Shown here: in pieces, positions 1 to 9,375 of the stretch
Numbering within the stretch: the stretch's first letter is position 1
Layout of the letters: each line of letters opens with the position of its first letter
Assembly (NCBI GenBank): GCA_964637895.1
Contig: CAZWYE010000001.1
Coordinates: 1 to 53,101, forward strand
Source of the DNA: an uncultured Campylobacter sp.
Lineage (GTDB): Bacteria > Campylobacterota > Campylobacteria > Campylobacterales > Campylobacteraceae
Direction: 5' to 3'
Length of the DNA: 53,101 nt
Notes under the pieces: generated by a model
Database searches by the model: none
What the model was told of the DNA's origin: nothing
What the model saw: only the letters and a program-made list of their open reading frames with translations
Translations under genes and position numbers: made by a program

Positions 1-313
1 CTAAATTTTCAAGGTCTATTTCTAAAATTTTATTCATATGTTTTTCAAAGCTTAAAATCACACCACCATTAAGTGCTAAAGCACCGCCGGTAAAGCCCGA
101 ACCAGAACCTCGCGGGATAATGATGATTTTATTTTCGTTGCAAAATTTCAAAATTTCACAAATATCGCTTTCATCTCTTGGAAACAAAACTCCATCGGGC
201 AAATAATGCTTTCTTGTTGCATCATAACTGTAAGCTCTTTTATGAATTTCATCAAAATACGCATTATCCTCACCCAAAAGTTTTTTGAAAAAAAGCTCGA
301 ATTCTTTTTTCAT
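1..313 (-). CDS. glcD: FAD-linked oxidase / glycolate oxidase subunit GlcD (5' part, runs off the window)
   Basis: Manual translation from ATG at 313: MKKEFELFFKKLLGEDNAYFDEIHKRAYSYDATRKHYLPDGVLFP...IIPRGSGSGFTGGALA, which contains the FAD-binding PRGxGS/TGG motif. ATGA overlap with the upstream ORF. Confidence 0.85.
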   Translation of the reverse strand, partial: MKKEFELFFKKLLGEDNAYFDEIHKRAYSYDATRKHYLPDGVLFPRDESDICEILKFCNENKIIIIPRGSGSGFTGGALALNGGVILSFEKHMNKILEIDLENL

Positions 314-1035
314 TGCCCGACCTTGTCTAAGTCTATTAAAGCTTCGTAATACCTGTAAAAATTCCCAATTTCTGCGGCATTAAAATCAAAAAAATCGCTT
401 CTATAATCACTTATCCTTGAGTAAAACGGCACTTGAACGCTACTTGGTTTTGCAATGGCAATTTCATACAAGGTCGTAAAATCTTGACAATCTACGAATT
501 TAGCCCTATCCTCTAAAGCAAAAATCAAAATTCCTAAAGCATTGTCCGCGCAAAATTTCCTAAGATCTGATCTTTTTGGAGCAACTTGCGCGTTTCTAAT
601 CATTTGCGCGCCTAAAATATCAATATGCGTAAAATAAATTTGTGGATAAGAACTAATAATATCATCGTAAGTTTGTTTATCCGGTGCAATTACCGCAGCT
701 CTATCGTAAAGAAAATTTAAAATCACTTCATCGCCGATTTCAGGCAAGGTATCCGGCAAAGGTAAAGCGGCTTGTTCTAAGGAAGAAAACACGCTAAATT
801 CAAGCTTAGCTCTGCCGTTTTCTTTAGAAATTACACTAGCCCTTGCGATAATGCTCTTAGATTCGTTAAAATTATGCATCACAATGCCACTAGAATGCAC
901 CTTAATGCGTGGGTCGTCCTTGATATAAGCGTAAATATCATCAATCTCTAAAAGCTGGGTTTTTACAAGTTTTAAATCAAATTCTGCAAACAAATTTAAA
1001 GTTAAAGCTAAAAAAAATGCGATGAATTTGAACAA
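310..1035 (-). CDS. Exported protein, plasminogen-binding protein (PgbA-like) N-terminal domain family
   Basis: Signal peptide (MFKFIAFFLALTLNLFA). Motifs LEQAALPLP, GDEVILNFLYDRA and VDCQDF are typical of this epsilonproteobacterial family. Confidence 0.65.
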   Translation of the reverse strand: MFKFIAFFLALTLNLFAEFDLKLVKTQLLEIDDIYAYIKDDPRIKVHSSGIVMHNFNESKSIIARASVISKENGRAKLEFSVFSSLEQAALPLPDTLPEIGDEVILNFLYDRAAVIAPDKQTYDDIISSYPQIYFTHIDILGAQMIRNAQVAPKRSDLRKFCADNALGILIFALEDRAKFVDCQDFTTLYEIAIAKPSSVQVPFYSRISDYRSDFFDFNAAEIGNFYRYYEALIDLDKVGQ

Positions 1036-1075
1036 AGCAGACTCCTTTGCTTGAAATTTTTAAAAGTTAAATGAT

Positions 1076-1083
1076 ATTATAAT
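1076..1083. promoter_or_regulatory. Palindromic ATTATAAT giving a sigma70 -10 box on both strands in a divergent intergenic region
   Basis: TATAAT on the minus strand (1076-1081) lies about 40 nt upstream of the 1035 start. TATAAT also reads on the plus strand (1078-1083). Confidence 0.45.
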
Positions 1084-1160
1084 CCTTTTTTGTTAAATAA
1101 TTGTAAGAAAAATAAAGTAAAATGTTGATTTTTAAAATTATTTTAAAGAGTTGATTGTTT

Positions 1161-2321
1161 ATGAAAAAAATCTTATTTTTATTTTTATTTTGTCTTAAAT
1201 CTTTTGCAATCCTTAGTGTAGAGGAGCTTAGCTGGGAAAATGGTGATACTTTACTTGAATTTTTGCAAAGAAATTCCATACCTATGTCTTTGTATTATGA
1301 GCTTGATAGAGAAGATAGAGAGCTTGCTTCTGAGATTACCGCGAAAATAAAGTATCAGGTTTTAAAAGACGATAATAACAATATCGAACAGGTCTTAATA
1401 CCTATTAGCGACGAGCTTCAAATTCACATCTATAAAAACAAAGATCATCAATATAACCTTACTTTTACGCCCGTAGATTACGAAAAAGAGGAAAGAATTC
1501 TCACGCTAACCCTTGAAAATTCGGCTTATCAAGATGTCTATAAAGAAAGCCAAAGCTCCACTCTTGCAAGGGCTATGATGCGCTCTTTCAAGGGGAGCTT
1601 GAATTTTCGTGCTATGCAAAAGGGTGATCAAATCACCTTGTATTATGAACAAAAAAGGCGTTCTGGTAAGCTTTGGGGCGATATTACTATAAAAATGGCT
1701 ACGGTGGAAGTTAATAAAATTCCTCAAGAAGTATTTTATTTTAATAATACCTATTATGATAAAAATGGAAAGGAATTAGATTTTTTATTGCTTAGAAATC
1801 CTGTAGAAAACGCTAGAATTTCATCGCATTTTACCACGGCGAGGTTTCACCCGATTTTAAAACGATACAGAGCCCATCTTGGTGTGGATTATGCTGCACC
1901 TACAGGAACTCCTGTGAAAAGTGCCGGAGATGGGAATATTATTTTCGTAGGAACTCAAAGCGGTTATGGAAATGTTGTGAAAATTCAGCACTCTTCGGGA
2001 TATTCAACTGTTTATGCACATCTTAGTCGCTTTGCGAAAATCAAAAAAGGACAAAAGGTGAGGCAAGGACAAACTATAGCTTATGTGGGTTCAACGGGAA
2101 TGAGCACCGGACCTCACTTGCATTTTGGTGTTTATGTGAATAATAAAGCTATAAATCCGCTCTCAGTAGTGAAAATCGCCAAATCTGAGCTTAAAGGAAA
2201 AAGCAAGGAGGATTTTGCAAAACTCATTGAAGGATACAAGCAAATTGTGGAAAATCATATCGTACAAAATAAGGCAAATCCTCCTAAGGAAGAGGATTTT
2301 GAAAGCTATATAGAATTTTGA
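1161..2321 (+). CDS. M23 family peptidoglycan DD-metalloendopeptidase (Csd3/Pgp3-like)
   Basis: HLGVDYAAP (HxxxD) and STGPHLHF (HxH) zinc motifs, plus a signal peptide. ATG at 1161 preferred over TTG at 1155. Confidence 0.9.
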   Translation: MKKILFLFLFCLKSFAILSVEELSWENGDTLLEFLQRNSIPMSLYYELDREDRELASEITAKIKYQVLKDDNNNIEQVLIPISDELQIHIYKNKDHQYNLTFTPVDYEKEERILTLTLENSAYQDVYKESQSSTLARAMMRSFKGSLNFRAMQKGDQITLYYEQKRRSGKLWGDITIKMATVEVNKIPQEVFYFNNTYYDKNGKELDFLLLRNPVENARISSHFTTARFHPILKRYRAHLGVDYAAPTGTPVKSAGDGNIIFVGTQSGYGNVVKIQHSSGYSTVYAHLSRFAKIKKGQKVRQGQTIAYVGSTGMSTGPHLHFGVYVNNKAINPLSVVKIAKSELKGKSKEDFAKLIEGYKQIVENHIVQNKANPPKEEDFESYIEF

Positions 2322-2401
2322 TTTTAATTTTGAGGAACAATTTAGATTATCAAAGCTTTGGAGAATTTCTTTGTTTTTGAAGTGTTTTAAAGCATTTTCA
2401 C

Positions 2402-4519
2402 TTAAAGTTTTCTTAGTGAGTTTAAAACTACGGTAAAAGAACTAAAACACATTGCTAAAGCCGCTATATGAGGGCTTAGAGTAAGAAAAGGCACAAATCC
2501 AGCAGCAATAGGAATACAAGAAATATTATAAACAAAAGCCCAAAAAAGATTAAGTTTTATGAGTTTTTGAAAGCTTTTTGAAAGCTTAAAGCAAAGGCTT
2601 ATAGATTCTAAATTTTCGCTCGTAAGTATAAAATCTCCAGTTTTTTTCGCCAATTCACTCGCCTTTGCAAAACTCATACTCGCACTTGCAAGACTCATAG
2701 CAGCAGAATCATTAATACCATCTCCTACGAATAAAATTTTCTGCTTTTTTTCTTCATTTTTCACAAATTCAAGCTTTTCTTCAGGTTTTAAAGAAAAATA
2801 AAATTGCGAAATTCCGAGCTCTAAAGCCATTTTTTTCACGCTTTTTTCGTTATCTCCGCTTAAAATTATGCTTTGAATATTTTCTTTTTTTAGGTTTTCT
2901 ATAAGCTCTTTTGCTCCATTTTTTAAAGAGCTTTTAAGCAAAACTCCTCCTAAGCACTCTTTATTTTTAGCAAAAAACACGCAAAGCGGTGCTTCGTTTT
3001 CGTATGAGCTTAAAAATTCCTTAGTCAAAGTGCAATCCACGCCCTTTTCTTTCAAAAATTCCTCATTACCAACGAAAAAAATATCCTCGTTTTCCTCGTA
3101 AATCAAGCCTTGCCCAATGAGGCTTTGAAGTTTGCCTTGCAAAAGTTTTTTCTCTAAATTCGCAGCCTTAGAAATTGCCTGTGCGATAGGATGAGGAGTA
3201 AAACTTTCTAAAAATGCAAGTTTTTCAAAGTCTTTTTGTCTTAAATTATGTTTAAAAACGCTTAATTCGTTTTGCGTGAGTGTGCCGGTTTTATCGAAAA
3301 TCACGCATTTAATATGGCTTAAAAGCTCCAAAGCCGCAGGATTTTTGATAAGCACTCCGTTTTTAGCCGCATTTTCAAAGGCTCTTGCTAAAACTATGGG
3401 CGTTGCAAGTCCTAAAGCACAAGGGCAAGAGATGAGCAAGGTCGCGCAAGAGTGCAAAAAAGCAAGGCTTAAATTTTCTTTTACACTCCAAAAAGCAAAA
3501 ACGCAAGTGGCTAAAACTATGATAGAACCGACAAAATACGCGCTGATTTTATTTGTAAGGCTCATTAAAGGAGTTTTAAGCTTTCCGGCTTTAAAAACCA
3601 AATTTTTAAGCTGCTCTAAGGTGCTATCCATAGCCTTTTTACTTGCTTTTATGGTTAAATTTCCGCTAATTATAAAACTTCCTGCAAGAATTTCATCGCC
3701 ACTTTGTTTTAAAACAGGAAAAAATTCGCCGTTTAAAAAGCTTAAATCAAGCTCAGCCTTGCCCTCTAAAATCACGCCATCAACGCAAACACTCTCACCG
3801 CTTTTAAGTAAAAGAATATCACCAGCTTTTACAAAAGAGCTTGAAAGTTCTTTAACTTCTTTGTTTTCGTCTAAAATTCTAACCTTTTTCGTGTCGATTT
3901 TTTCAAGATTTTTTTGATATTTTAAGGCTTTAATACTGATTTTTTGCTCTAAAAATTTCCCAAAAAGCACGAAAGTTATTATCATCGCACCGCCACCAAA
4001 ATACAAATGCTCCTCTTTTTCAAAAAAATCAAAATAAACAAACAAAGAATACACAAAAGAGCTTAAAGCACCGAGCGAAACAAGGGTGTTCATATCTAAA
4101 TTTTTATACCTTAAGCCGGAAATTGCGTGGTAAAAAAAGTCTTTTCCGCAGTAAAAAATCGCAAAAAATCCTAAAAACATTTGCATAAACTGAGAAAATT
4201 CGCCACTTATAAACATTTCAAAAAACATAATCACAAGGCTTAGAATTATGCTTAAAAAAAGATTAAGCTTGAGCCTTAAAATGCGTTTTTTCTCATCGTT
4301 TTGGCTATTTTCTTCTTCTAAAATTTCAAAGCCGAGTTTTTTTATTTTATTGCAAAGCTCGTTTTTAAGGCTTAAATCTTCAAGCAAAAAAATCCCCGCC
4401 GCACTCACATAAGAAACGCTTGCGTCCTTTACGCCCGGAATTTTTTTGCAAATGCTTTCTATGGAATTTGCACAGTTCGTGCAGGTCATTTTGCCAATTT
4501 TCAGCCTTAATTCTTGCAT
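2402..4519 (-). CDS. copA: Heavy-metal (copper) translocating P1B-type ATPase
   Basis: N-terminal MTCTNC metal-binding domain, CPCALGLATP, DKTGT phosphorylation site and GDGIND hinge. Confidence 0.88.
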   Translation of the reverse strand: MQELRLKIGKMTCTNCANSIESICKKIPGVKDASVSYVSAAGIFLLEDLSLKNELCNKIKKLGFEILEEENSQNDEKKRILRLKLNLFLSIILSLVIMFFEMFISGEFSQFMQMFLGFFAIFYCGKDFFYHAISGLRYKNLDMNTLVSLGALSSFVYSLFVYFDFFEKEEHLYFGGGAMIITFVLFGKFLEQKISIKALKYQKNLEKIDTKKVRILDENKEVKELSSSFVKAGDILLLKSGESVCVDGVILEGKAELDLSFLNGEFFPVLKQSGDEILAGSFIISGNLTIKASKKAMDSTLEQLKNLVFKAGKLKTPLMSLTNKISAYFVGSIIVLATCVFAFWSVKENLSLAFLHSCATLLISCPCALGLATPIVLARAFENAAKNGVLIKNPAALELLSHIKCVIFDKTGTLTQNELSVFKHNLRQKDFEKLAFLESFTPHPIAQAISKAANLEKKLLQGKLQSLIGQGLIYEENEDIFFVGNEEFLKEKGVDCTLTKEFLSSYENEAPLCVFFAKNKECLGGVLLKSSLKNGAKELIENLKKENIQSIILSGDNEKSVKKMALELGISQFYFSLKPEEKLEFVKNEEKKQKILFVGDGINDSAAMSLASASMSFAKASELAKKTGDFILTSENLESISLCFKLSKSFQKLIKLNLFWAFVYNISCIPIAAGFVPFLTLSPHIAALAMCFSSFTVVLNSLRKL

Positions 4520-4716
4520 TAAGAAATTCTTTCTACAAGCTCAAAACCAAGTTCTTTAAATTCTTTTTCGAAGTCTTTAAAACGGCTTTCGTCTAAATTT
4601 ATGCTTAAAATTTTGTTTTCTAAATCAAACTCTATCGCACCAAATTCACTTTCTAGCGAATTTTTGATTAAATTTACGCAGTTTATGCAATTTACATTTG
4701 CGATTTTAAATTTCAT
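4519..4716 (-). CDS. Heavy-metal-associated domain protein (CopZ-like chaperone)
   Basis: 65 aa with an NCINC CxxC motif, translationally coupled to the ATPase. Confidence 0.8.
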   Translation of the reverse strand: MKFKIANVNCINCVNLIKNSLESEFGAIEFDLENKILSINLDESRFKDFEKEFKELGFELVERIS

Positions 4717-5653
4717 TTAAACTCCTTTGAGGTTGTATGGTTGAGTGTCCTATTTTGAATTTTTCTAAGAGGATTTGCGAAATTCTTTTTGCAAGTTTTT
4801 CGAAATTTTCTAGGTCTTTAACCTTGATATGCAAGGTCGCAACGAGCATTTTGTGCGTGATTTGCGTGATGTGTAGGTCTTTAACTTCTAAAATTTCTTT
4901 ATCTTCTAAAAGCGTGTTTTTCACCTCTTCAATATCCACAGGAGAGCTTTCTAGCAAGATATTTACGCTTTGTTTTAAAAGCTTTGCAGCATAACGGATA
5001 AGCAAGAAAGATAAAATCATCGCCAAAATGGTATCTATATAAACGATATTAGTAAAATACACGAAAATTCCGCCTATAATCACACAAACAGAGCCGAATA
5101 AATCACTTAAAAGATGCAAGAAAGCGGACTTTATATTGATATTGTCTAAATTCGCGCTTTTAAACATCAAAAACGCACAAAAAGCATTCACCAAAAGTCC
5201 TAAAAAAGCCACGATTATCATAGTTTTTGTGTCTATGCTTTGAGGATTTAAAAGCTTAGTAACGCCCTCATAAAGTATAAAAAGTGCTGAAGCTATGATA
5301 GTTAGGGCATTTACAAAGGCTACTAGAATTTCAAGGCGAAAATATCCAAAGGTTTTTTGCAAATTTGAAAGCTTTTGAATGGCAAGTATGGCAAGTAGGC
5401 TAAAAACCAAAGATAAAGCGTCCCAAAACATATGCAAAGTATCGCTTAAAAGTGCTAAAGAATTTGAAAGTAGGGCGTAGATAAATTGAACGATAATCGT
5501 AGAACTTGTAAGAAGAAGTGAAATTTTAAGCACCCTTTTATCCATAAATCTTGGGTCATGATGGTGAGAGTGATGAGAATGCTCGTGAGTGTGGTTATGA
5601 TGATTGTGTTTATGATTACAAAATAAAGGCTCGTGAGCTAAATATTCTTGCAC
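4706..5653 (-). CDS. czcD: Cation diffusion facilitator (Zn/Co/Cd efflux)
   Basis: His-rich N-terminus, SLALLSDTLHM, TFGYFRLE, SAFLHLLSD and C-terminal HSTIQ. Confidence 0.88.
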   Translation of the reverse strand: MQEYLAHEPLFCNHKHNHHNHTHEHSHHSHHHDPRFMDKRVLKISLLLTSSTIIVQFIYALLSNSLALLSDTLHMFWDALSLVFSLLAILAIQKLSNLQKTFGYFRLEILVAFVNALTIIASALFILYEGVTKLLNPQSIDTKTMIIVAFLGLLVNAFCAFLMFKSANLDNINIKSAFLHLLSDLFGSVCVIIGGIFVYFTNIVYIDTILAMILSFLLIRYAAKLLKQSVNILLESSPVDIEEVKNTLLEDKEILEVKDLHITQITHKMLVATLHIKVKDLENFEKLAKRISQILLEKFKIGHSTIQPQRSLNEI

Positions 5654-5795
5654 ATAAATCCTTTTTGATCTGAATTTTTGCCATTCTTATAACAGAAAAA
5701 AAATTAAAAGAGAATAAAAAATTTGCGGTTTAAAAGCAAATTTATAGTTTTTATCCTATACTTTCAAAGCTGAATTTCAAAAAGAAAGTAGAAAA

Positions 5796-6503
5796 ATGGG
5801 ACGCGCATTTGAATACAGAAGAGCTTCAAAAGAAGCAAGATGGGACAAGATGAGTAAGCTTTTTCCAAAACTTGCTAAGGCTATACAAGTTGCTGCTAAA
5901 GAGGGCGGGAGTGATCCTTTGATGAATGCAAAATTAAGAAGTGCTATTGCGACCGCAAAGGCGAATAATATGCCAAAGGACAACATAGATGCTGCGATAA
6001 AAAGGGCGAGTGGAAAGGATAGTGCTGAGATTAAGAACATTCATTATGAGGGAAAAGCACCGCACGGGGCTTTAGTGATAGTTGAGTGTATGAGCGATAA
6101 TCCAACAAGAACGGTTGCAAATGTCAAGGCTGCTTTTCATAAAAATGGCGGAGAGGTCTTGCAAAATGGCTCTTTGAGCTTTATGTTTTCTAAAAAAGCA
6201 GTTTTTCACTTGCAAAAACACAAGGGCGATTTGGAGGAGCTTGAGCTTGATTTAATCGATGCGGGGCTTGAAAATTTGGAGCAAAACGAAGAGGAACTTG
6301 TGATAAGTGGCGATTATACGGCGTTTAAAGAACTAAGCGATGCCATAGAAAATAAAGGTTTAGTACTCAAAAAAGCCGGACTTGAATACCTGCCAAATAA
6401 TCCTGTTAGCTTTAGCGAAAAAGAGCTTGAAGACATTGAAAAATTGCTCGATAAGCTAGAAGACGATGAAGATGTTCAAGCCGTTTATACTAATATAGAA
6501 TAA
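5796..6503 (+). CDS. yebC: YebC/PmpR family protein
   Basis: [31 protein letters not shown] and EDVQAVYTN signatures. Confidence 0.93.
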   Translation: MGRAFEYRRASKEARWDKMSKLFPKLAKAIQVAAKEGGSDPLMNAKLRSAIATAKANNMPKDNIDAAIKRASGKDSAEIKNIHYEGKAPHGALVIVECMSDNPTRTVANVKAAFHKNGGEVLQNGSLSFMFSKKAVFHLQKHKGDLEELELDLIDAGLENLEQNEEELVISGDYTAFKELSDAIENKGLVLKKAGLEYLPNNPVSFSEKELEDIEKLLDKLEDDEDVQAVYTNIE

Positions 6504-6512
6504 AGGAAAAAA

Positions 6513-6992
6513 ATGTTAAAAACCATAGATACAAGCAAAGCAGATTCTTATAAATTTACAATCATTAAAACCGAAAAAGGCGATATGAAGCTAAAACTTT
6601 TTGCAGACGAAGCACCGCAAACGGTTTGTAATTTTGCAAATTTAGCCAAAGATGGCTTTTATAAAAATTTAAATTTTCATCGCGTCATACCTAATTTTGT
6701 TGTTCAAGGAGGTTGCCCAAACGGCACTGGAACGGGCGGACCGGGCTATGAGATAGTTTGCGAGTGCGACAATCAAACGCACAAACATCAAAGAGGCACA
6801 CTCTCTATGGCTCACGCCGGACGCGACACGGGCGGTTCGCAGTTTTTTATTTGTCACAGTGCTCAACCGCATTTGGACGGACTTCACACAGTTTTTGGAC
6901 AAATCGATGAAAAAGATAAAAAAAGCCTCGAGGTTCTTGATTTAATTCAACAAGGCGATAAAATTTTAGATATTGAAATCTTAGAAGCTTAA
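6513..6992 (+). CDS. ppi: Cyclophilin-type peptidyl-prolyl cis-trans isomerase
   Basis: [30 protein letters not shown] and [10 protein letters not shown] motifs. Confidence 0.93.
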   Translation: MLKTIDTSKADSYKFTIIKTEKGDMKLKLFADEAPQTVCNFANLAKDGFYKNLNFHRVIPNFVVQGGCPNGTGTGGPGYEIVCECDNQTHKHQRGTLSMAHAGRDTGGSQFFICHSAQPHLDGLHTVFGQIDEKDKKSLEVLDLIQQGDKILDIEILEA

Positions 6993-7160
6993 GCGGTTTT
7001 GCTTTCGTTTGAAAATTTACCAATCAAAATTTATAAATTGGCTTTGAGGTGAGTTAAGACTTAAGATGTGTTTTTTGAGTTTAAATTTAATTTAAACTCC
7101 TTTAAAGCTTGGCAAAATCAATGTTTTTTAATAATTCTTTTGAAATTTTAAAGGACTCAA

Positions 7161-7766
7161 ATGCAAGAACTCATAGAGCCTATCGTTCATTTTGCTAAAG
7201 AATGGGGCTATGTTGGTATTGTTTTACTAATGAGCTTGGAGAGCTGTTTTATCCCTTTTCCTAGCGAGGTAGTGATGATTCCTGCGGGTTATTTGGCAAG
7301 TAAGGGTGAGCTTGATTTTTATCTTTGTATTTTATGCGGGGTGCTTGGCTCGGTTTTTGGAGCGTTGATAAATTATTATATCTGCTTTTTCTGGGGCAGG
7401 GAATTTGTCCTAAAATGGGGAAAATATTTTGGCATTAACGAACAAAAATTTGCCAAATTTGAAAGCTTTTTTAATAAACACGGTGAGTTTTCGACTTTTA
7501 TTTCTCGCCTTATCCCTGGAATTCGTCAATACATCTCCTTACCCGCCGGACTTGTTAGAATGAAGCTTGTAAATTTCATCGTTTTTACGGCAGCTGGAAG
7601 TGGAATTTGGGTTGCTATACTTGTAAGTTTGGGGTATTTTATAGGAGAAAATGAGGAGCTTATCAAAGAGTATTTGCATCAAATTTTCGTTTTTATTTTT
7701 ATTTTTGTTGCACTTGTAAGCGTTTTGTATCTTAAAATCGGAAAATTTTTAAACAAAAAAAAATAA
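7161..7766 (+). CDS. dedA: DedA family membrane protein
   Basis: LESCFIPFPSEVVMIPAG and SRLIPGIRQYISLPAG motifs. AAGGA RBS upstream. Confidence 0.9.
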   Translation: MQELIEPIVHFAKEWGYVGIVLLMSLESCFIPFPSEVVMIPAGYLASKGELDFYLCILCGVLGSVFGALINYYICFFWGREFVLKWGKYFGINEQKFAKFESFFNKHGEFSTFISRLIPGIRQYISLPAGLVRMKLVNFIVFTAAGSGIWVAILVSLGYFIGENEELIKEYLHQIFVFIFIFVALVSVLYLKIGKFLNKKK

Positions 7767-7835
7767 GTTTTTTAAAATTAAAATGCGTTTCAAAGCTTTA
7801 AGCTAAGAAATTTTTAAATCGCATAGTTTCAAGGC

Positions 7836-7851
7836 TAAGCTTTAAAGCTTA
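7836..7851. repeat. Perfect 16-bp palindrome TAAGCTTTAAAGCTTA
   Basis: Read directly in the dedA-S4 intergenic spacer. Confidence 0.7.
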
Positions 7852-7986
7852 AATTTTTCACAAGAACTTGTAAAGTGAAATTTTTAAATTTCTTAAAAAT
7901 TCGATTTTAAATTCCTTTTTCTTCGTGCGGAAATTTCAAAAAATAAATTTAAGAAAGATTAAAGTCTTTAAAAATTTGATTTTTTT

Positions 7987-7995
7987 TGCTAAAAT
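7987..7995 (+). promoter_or_regulatory. Extended -10 promoter (TGcTAAAAT), probable leaderless transcript
   Basis: The hexamer ends 6 nt before ATG 8002 and there is no Shine-Dalgarno sequence. Confidence 0.6.
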
Positions 7996-8001
7996 TCGTC
8001 T

Positions 8002-8250
8002 ATGAGAATCGATAAATTTTTAAATGCGGTAAATATTACCAAAAGACGCGCTGTGGCTGAGGATATGTGTAAAAGTGGCGTTGTGAGGGTCAATGAAGTC
8101 GTTGTTAAGCCTAGTAAGATGGTGAAAATAGGCGATTTAATCACGCTTGAATTAAGCGACGGGACGCAAAAAAATTATAGAATTTTAGCCCTGCCCCAAA
8201 GCAAAAATACGCCCAAAAACGCACAAAGCGAGTTTGTAGAAAAGCTATGA
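8002..8250 (+). CDS. S4-domain RNA-binding protein (Hsp15/RqcP-like)
   Basis: MRIDKFL...KRRAVAEDMCKSGVVRVN...KPSKMVKIGD S4 signature. Confidence 0.88.
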   Translation: MRIDKFLNAVNITKRRAVAEDMCKSGVVRVNEVVVKPSKMVKIGDLITLELSDGTQKNYRILALPQSKNTPKNAQSEFVEKL

Positions 8251-8654
8251 AAGAATTCGCTCTTGCCCAAAACGAGCTTGAATTGCTTTTTAAAGAGCTT
8301 CCAAATAGCGGTATTATCTTGCTTTGCGGGGATTTAGCAAGCGGAAAAACGACTTTAGTTAAGGAGTTTTGCAAGTTTTTAGGCTTTAACGATGAAGTGA
8401 GTTCGCCGACTTTTTCGCTTATGCAAAAATACACGCAAGATGTGAAAGTGCTTTATCATTACGATCTTTACAGGGTTGGATTTAAAGGGATTTTAGAAAA
8501 CGGCTTGTTTGAGAATTTTTTCGAAGAGGCTTTGCACTTGGTAGAATGGGGCGATGAAAATTTGAGGGAGGCTTTAGAGAAAATGGGACTTAAGAGCGTT
8601 AGAGTGGAGCTTGAGTTTTTAGAAAATAAAAGAAAGTATAGAATTTATGAGTAA
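8247..8654 (+). CDS. tsaE: tRNA threonylcarbamoyladenosine biosynthesis ATPase TsaE
   Basis: GDLASGKTT, VSSPTFS, HYDLYR and LVEW motifs. Confidence 0.92.
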   Translation: MKEFALAQNELELLFKELPNSGIILLCGDLASGKTTLVKEFCKFLGFNDEVSSPTFSLMQKYTQDVKVLYHYDLYRVGFKGILENGLFENFFEEALHLVEWGDENLREALEKMGLKSVRVELEFLENKRKYRIYE

Positions 8655-9375
8655 GCTTGAAGTTTTAAATTTAGAAAAAATCATCAAAAAAACAAAAATC
8701 ATTGAAGGAATTTCTTTAGAGCTTGAAAGCGGCGAGGTTGTGGGACTTTTAGGACCTAATGGGGCTGGGAAAACAACGACTTTTTATATGATTTGCGGAC
8801 TTATCGCGCCAAGTAGCGGTAAGGTTTTGCTTGATGGAGTGGATATTACAAAAGAGCCTCTTAATCAAAGAGCAAGAAAAGGCATAGGCTATTTGCCACA
8901 AGAAAGTAGCGTTTTTAAGGATTTAAGCGTGGAGGATAATCTGCTTTTAGCCGCACAAATTTTTTACAAAGACGAGCAAATTTTACAAAGCAAGGTCGAG
9001 CATATGCTTGAGCTTTTAAGCATAGAGCCTATTCGCTTGAGAAAGGGCTTGAGCTTAAGCGGCGGCGAGAGAAGGCGCTGCGAGATAGCAAGATCTTTAA
9101 TGTGTGAGCCTAAATTTTTACTGCTTGATGAGCCTTTTGCTGGGGTTGATCCTATCGCGGTGGCTGAAATTCAAAAGCTTGTTAAAGAGCTTAAGAAGCT
9201 AGGAATTGGCGTTTTAATCACAGATCATAATGTGCGCGAAACCCTAGCCATTTGCGATAGGGCTTATGTTATAATGTCTGGGGCTTTACTAGCAAGTGGG
9301 AACGCTAAAGAACTTGTGAATGATAAAAATGTGAAAAAATATTATCTTGGAACAGAGTTTAAACTCTTAGACTAA
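8647..9375 (+). CDS. lptB: LPS/LOS export ABC transporter ATPase LptB
   Basis: GPNGAGKTT, GYLPQE, LSGGERRR, DEPFAGVDP and ITDHNVRETL motifs, upstream of rpoN. Confidence 0.93.
   Translation: MSKLEVLNLEKIIKKTKIIEGISLELESGEVVGLLGPNGAGKTTTFYMICGLIAPSSGKVLLDGVDITKEPLNQRARKGIGYLPQESSVFKDLSVEDNLLLAAQIFYKDEQILQSKVEHMLELLSIEPIRLRKGLSLSGGERRRCEIARSLMCEPKFLLLDEPFAGVDPIAVAEIQKLVKELKKLGIGVLITDHNVRETLAICDRAYVIMSGALLASGNAKELVNDKNVKKYYLGTEFKLLD

Noticed and set aside
3276-3917. 213-aa plus-strand ORF, and similar antisense ORFs such as 50624-51160, 13607-13975 and 20811-21119
   Set aside because: They lie wholly opposite well-supported conserved genes and have no recognisable motifs.
5560-5620. His-rich repeats in CzcD, and likewise in HypB near 40885-40930
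   Set aside because: These are expected metal-binding features of the two families and are not novel.
7109-7125. TTGGCA upstream of dedA as a sigma54 promoter
   Set aside because: There is no TGC -12 element at the required spacing.
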